Shown here piece by piece: positions 60,517 through 64,000 of a stretch of DNA of 64,000 bases; positions within the stretch are counted from its first letter, which is position 1, and each line of letters opens with the position of its first letter. The DNA lies in the NCBI GenBank assembly GCA_963799845.1, contig CAWCYI010000007.1:153617-217616 (forward strand). The letters run 5' to 3'. The notes under the pieces are model-generated. The model ran no database searches, was not told the DNA's origin, and worked only from the letters and a program-made list of their open reading frames with translations. The stretch comes from an uncultured Nitrososphaerota archaeon (GTDB lineage Archaea; Thermoproteota; Nitrososphaeria; Nitrososphaerales; CADDZS01). The translations under genes and the position numbers were made by a program.

Positions 60517-61368
60517 TTGGCAGGCATTCTCTTGCGTCTGGCGAGACAGTGGATCGCAGGAGAAACTGCTCAGGATGGAATAGAAAGTGCGAAGGAGGCA
60601 AACTCGCGCGGAATTCTGGGCCTTCTGAACTTACTTGGAGAACACATCGAAAGCAAAGAGCAGATCTCCGATACGATCTTGGAATATGAAAAGCTCCTCG
60701 ACTTGATTTCTGAAAATAAGGTTCACTCGCAGATTTCAATCAAGCCGACTCAGATGGGCTTGAACATCGATTTTGATTACTGCCTCAGAAATTATCTCCG
60801 GATGGCCGAATCCTGCAAGGCGCATTCGGACAACTGGCTCTGGATTGACATGGAGAACTCGCCCTACACCCAGAAAACTATTGAGCTATATTCGAAGGTG
60901 CTGAGCTCCTATCCGAACACCGGGATCGCGATTCAGGCCTACATGAAACGAAGCGAGAAAGATTTGAAGCATCTGCTGCCGCTCGGGGCAAAAATTAGGC
61001 TGGTAAAGGGAGCTTACAACGAGTCTGCGGAAATCGCGTTCAAGGATAAGAATTCAGTCAGGGAGAATTACTCAAAACTTCTCGAAGTCCTATTTGCACA
61101 GGCGGAAAAGAATTTTTTCGCGATAGCAACCCACGACAGCGCCTTGATTGAAAAATCGAAGAAACTGTCCGAAACGAGCAAAGGAAATTTTGAATACGAG
61201 ATGCTGATGGGCGTCCGCGAGAAGCTAAAGTCCGAGCTCGTCTCCGAACACTATCAGGTTAGGGAGTACATTCCGTACGGCCCGCAGTGGCTGCCTTATT
61301 CGATGAGGCGGATCAGGGAGAAAAAGAGCAACATCTTCCTCTTGCTTCGATCACTCTTCAGCTCCTAA
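60517..61368 (+). CDS. monofunctional proline dehydrogenase
   Basis: SIKPTQMG; IDME; IRLVKGAY; ATHD; YIPYG. Confidence 0.93.
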   Translation: MAGILLRLARQWIAGETAQDGIESAKEANSRGILGLLNLLGEHIESKEQISDTILEYEKLLDLISENKVHSQISIKPTQMGLNIDFDYCLRNYLRMAESCKAHSDNWLWIDMENSPYTQKTIELYSKVLSSYPNTGIAIQAYMKRSEKDLKHLLPLGAKIRLVKGAYNESAEIAFKDKNSVRENYSKLLEVLFAQAEKNFFAIATHDSALIEKSKKLSETSKGNFEYEMLMGVREKLKSELVSEHYQVREYIPYGPQWLPYSMRRIREKKSNIFLLLRSLFSS

Positions 61369-61675
61369 TTCTTTTGCGCCGGATTCACAGGGTACACTGC
61401 CGCCTGTTTTCAGGACCTGCGACCTTGACCCTTTCTTTAGTCTCCGATCTAGCCGACAGCTTGAAGCGAGTTGTTTCAATCCAACAGAGCTTGAAACGAG
61501 CTCTTCGGTACGCAAAATTGCGCCCCCATGTAGAAAAAGGAGAAAATTGCATAATAAATCAATGAATCGAAACAATGGCTTTCGAAACTAAATTGGGTTC
61601 AATTATTCCAGACCTGCCGGACATGTGCGACCTGCGCACCGGCAGAGTTTTTCTAGAATCCGTAAAGACTTTGAT

Positions 61676-62860
61676 TTACTCGTATTTCAGAATCTTCTGT
61701 ATTATACTCGCGTAAGTTTCTTCAATCGTTCCAGGACAGTACACGACATAAAACTTGGCGAGCTTGCCTTCGACGGGCCTGATAATGCGACCGATCCTCT
61801 GGATGAACTGCCTCTTGCTCTTTCCACTCGTGATCAGGATCGCGATGCCGGCTTCCTTGACGTCCAGGCCTTCTTCAAGTGCTCTAACAGAGAGGAGCAC
61901 GTCAAAGCTGCGACCCCACTCCTGGAGTATCTCCATCTTGCGCCACGGCTCGACTTTGGAGTGAAATGTCTCGCTTTTCAGACCGTTATCTGAAAGAAAT
62001 TCCTTTATCTCCTCGATAGCCTGCACGGACTCGGAAAAAACTATAACCCTTTCGTCGGGGTGGCGGGACAGAATTTCAAGTATCTTTTCTTTCTTTTCTT
62101 CGATCCGAGAGAGCAGTTTCTTCCTTCTCGCGATTGCCTGCATTCCCTTCCTCCCGACAAACTGCCCGGTGTCAGGATTGTAACAACTCATCCACTTGGT
62201 GATGTCAGGCCCGCAGAATTTGAAAGCTGATTTGATCAGGGCAGTATTGATGTCGTAACTCTTTCTTTCTTTGCTCGACATGTTTGCTCCGACCTGAATG
62301 ACTTCAAGGGGAGAGACGATTCCGGTCCGGACGGCGTCTCCCAGATTCAAGTCAAAGCATATCGGGAATTCTTTTAGAAAAAGGGCGTGAGTCTGATCTT
62401 CTCTTTCCGGGACCGCTGAAAGGCCCAGAACGTACTCTTTTTGTTTTAAGCGTGGAAGAAGCCTGATCAGAGCTGACCTCGCTCCAAGATGATGAACTTC
62501 ATCAAGAACAACCGCCTCGGCTCTCTCGATTAGTTCGGGATGCGAAATCGCGCTCGCGTACGTGGTTATCATAACGGGACCCTCGGTCTTTGAGTAGGCG
62601 TAATATTGACCTACATCAAGCAAGCTCGCTTCCTGCAGCTTCGGAGCCCAGGATTGATAAATGAGCGCCTGTGTTGGGACGATGATCAATGTATCCACCC
62701 CAAGTCGGCGAATCCATTCGATGGCGATTATCGTCTTGCCGGTGCCGGTCGCAGCTTTGATCGTTCCTCTTCTTGATTTGAAAATCGCATCAATTGCGCT
62801 TTGCTGATAAGCTCTTAGCGTCGGCAAATAATCTAGTTCTCCCCTATAACCGAAAAACAA
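61676..62860 (-). CDS. XPB/Rad25-like SF2 helicase
   Basis: LRAYQ; ATGTGKT; DEVHH; EEGLDV; QRIGRIIRP. Confidence 0.88.
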   Translation of the reverse strand: MFFGYRGELDYLPTLRAYQQSAIDAIFKSRRGTIKAATGTGKTIIAIEWIRRLGVDTLIIVPTQALIYQSWAPKLQEASLLDVGQYYAYSKTEGPVMITTYASAISHPELIERAEAVVLDEVHHLGARSALIRLLPRLKQKEYVLGLSAVPEREDQTHALFLKEFPICFDLNLGDAVRTGIVSPLEVIQVGANMSSKERKSYDINTALIKSAFKFCGPDITKWMSCYNPDTGQFVGRKGMQAIARRKKLLSRIEEKKEKILEILSRHPDERVIVFSESVQAIEEIKEFLSDNGLKSETFHSKVEPWRKMEILQEWGRSFDVLLSVRALEEGLDVKEAGIAILITSGKSKRQFIQRIGRIIRPVEGKLAKFYVVYCPGTIEETYASIIQKILKYE

Positions 62861-62953
62861 AGTGAATAGCGTATAGTTATTGGCAAGTTTGTTACAGTAA
62901 CATTACGGTAAATATTTAGAAGTTTTCCTGATGTATCTAATTGTGAAACAAAG

Positions 62954-62970
62954 AGCGGGCCCGGTGGGAT
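62954..62970 (-). repeat. tRNA 3'-end fragment (ATCCCACCGGGCCCG), att-like
   Basis: T-stem 3' half, acceptor strand and discriminator G; 13/14 match to 63987-64000. Confidence 0.6.
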
Positions 62971-63274
62971 AAGCAACTGTTTAGGTTCTTATTCAGGATT
63001 CATTTGAATCTGAAAGTCCGTTCCAAGCTCGAATATGATTGTGCACCTAGAGAATCTTCCTCTGCTTTCGGAACTAGTTCCCCGTGAGGAAGAACTCCGA
63101 GCTCCGCGCAAGGCATTAAGGCCAAAGAGACCAAGAATAATTTGACTCAAACCGCCTCGATAATGACCATGTTTTCAAGCTTAGACAGCGGGCAAAAAGA
63201 CGACGCCATTATCAGTCTTGATAATTGTGTTGCCACTTAATAGTAACTGTTCCCTTCATTTAAAATGAAATGAA

Positions 63275-63970
63275 ATGCAAGGAGTTGCACCAAAGATAAG
63301 CGACGTACCAAAGGCAAGTGTTGCATTAAAGGCAAGTATTTTATCAAAAACATTCATCATACTTTCTTTCATAGGGATTGTAGAGGCCTTCTATCATGCC
63401 TCGCTAGAGAACGCGTTCACAACTAACATCTTCATGGTTCACTATTCTCCTTTCGCATCGTTCTCTGGAGTTCCGTATTGGCTTTTCGGAGTCATTTGGT
63501 TCCCTCTCATTTTTCTTGTAGGTCTCTGGACGACTAGGCTGGGGCGCAGGAGCCTGAGATTAGAACTCCTTGTACTCCTGACGATAGGGAATGTCTTCAC
63601 AGCTTATCTCTGGTATCTTGATATTTTTGTAGTGGAATCGTACACTCTGTTATACATCGCTCTGTACGCGACCAATTATGCTCTAACTGGGCTGGTCGCG
63701 ATTGAGAACTGGTCTAGTGATATCGTGCATGGTTACGTCTACGGCACAGCCACAGGAGCTGTCGTTGGACTACTCTTTGGGCCTTACGGAGTGGCGGCAT
63801 GTGGGATTGCAGGCGGAATGTTCGGTGCAGTGAGGAACTTCATACTGCCCAAAAAGGAATTAGCTCCCGACTCCCGCCAAGCAGAGAAAACGCAGCTAGA
63901 AGAGGAGAAAATGGCACTTGAAATGAGACTCAAGAAGATCGAAGCCAAACTCGCTGAAGCAAGCGATTAG
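63275..63970 (+). CDS. VKOR-like membrane protein lacking the catalytic cysteines
   Basis: VHYSPFASFSGVPYWLFG; YLWYLDIFVV; TLLY where CxxC is expected; C-terminal glycine-zipper-like segment and coiled coil. Confidence 0.65.
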   Translation: MQGVAPKISDVPKASVALKASILSKTFIILSFIGIVEAFYHASLENAFTTNIFMVHYSPFASFSGVPYWLFGVIWFPLIFLVGLWTTRLGRRSLRLELLVLLTIGNVFTAYLWYLDIFVVESYTLLYIALYATNYALTGLVAIENWSSDIVHGYVYGTATGAVVGLLFGPYGVAACGIAGGMFGAVRNFILPKKELAPDSRQAEKTQLEEEKMALEMRLKKIEAKLAEASD

Positions 63971-63986
63971 CCTCAGCTTGAATGAA

Positions 63987-64000
63987 AGCGGGCCTGGTGG
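63987..64000 (-). repeat. tRNA 3'-end sequence cut by the window edge (tRNA gene or att copy)
   Basis: Minus strand reads CCACCAGGCCCG. Confidence 0.5.

Noticed and set aside
61287-61575. Short ORFs between proline dehydrogenase and the helicase
   Set aside because: No recognisable motif or convincing start; left uncalled
62955-63195. Intact multi-intron tRNA or RNase P RNA
   Set aside because: No matching 5' acceptor strand (GGGCCCG) or 5' T-stem could be assembled; the GAGGAAG segment lacks other RNase P conserved regions

Overview
Archaeal DNA. Gene content and order suggest a thaumarchaeote (Nitrososphaeria-like, probably non-ammonia-oxidising; this is inference). Positions 1-46.6 kb are housekeeping: top6B/A, rps26e, thrS, the S10/spc ribosomal protein cluster through secY-adk-cmk-cbf5, a tRNA-Ser(GGA) with three introns, guaB/guaA, glyA, lar (nickel-pincer) genes, mdh and a fixABCX-like ETF operon with fused ETF subunits. 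Positions ~46.8-57.9 kb hold an ~11 kb integrated element inserted in an intergenic region rather than a tRNA. It encodes an intact tyrosine integrase, a divergent wHTH/RHH switch, a D5-like SF3 helicase with an internal 20-bp inverted repeat, an FtsK/HerA/A32-like ATPase, a second tyrosine recombinase lacking all catalytic residues, several small Zn-finger proteins and two proteins sharing a GFYxxxGxxxPIT motif. No recognisable capsid gene is present, so it is a candidate archaeal virus satellite or atypical provirus. Positions 57.9-64 kb encode SdhA/B, proline dehydrogenase, an XPB-like helicase and a VKOR-like gene without the catalytic cysteines, flanked by tRNA 3'-end repeats. Six of the seven extra-base frameshifts I found sit next to AGCT, which points to methylation-induced sequencing errors and so to a host AGCT methyltransferase. 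All calls come from reading motifs by eye; no database searches were run.
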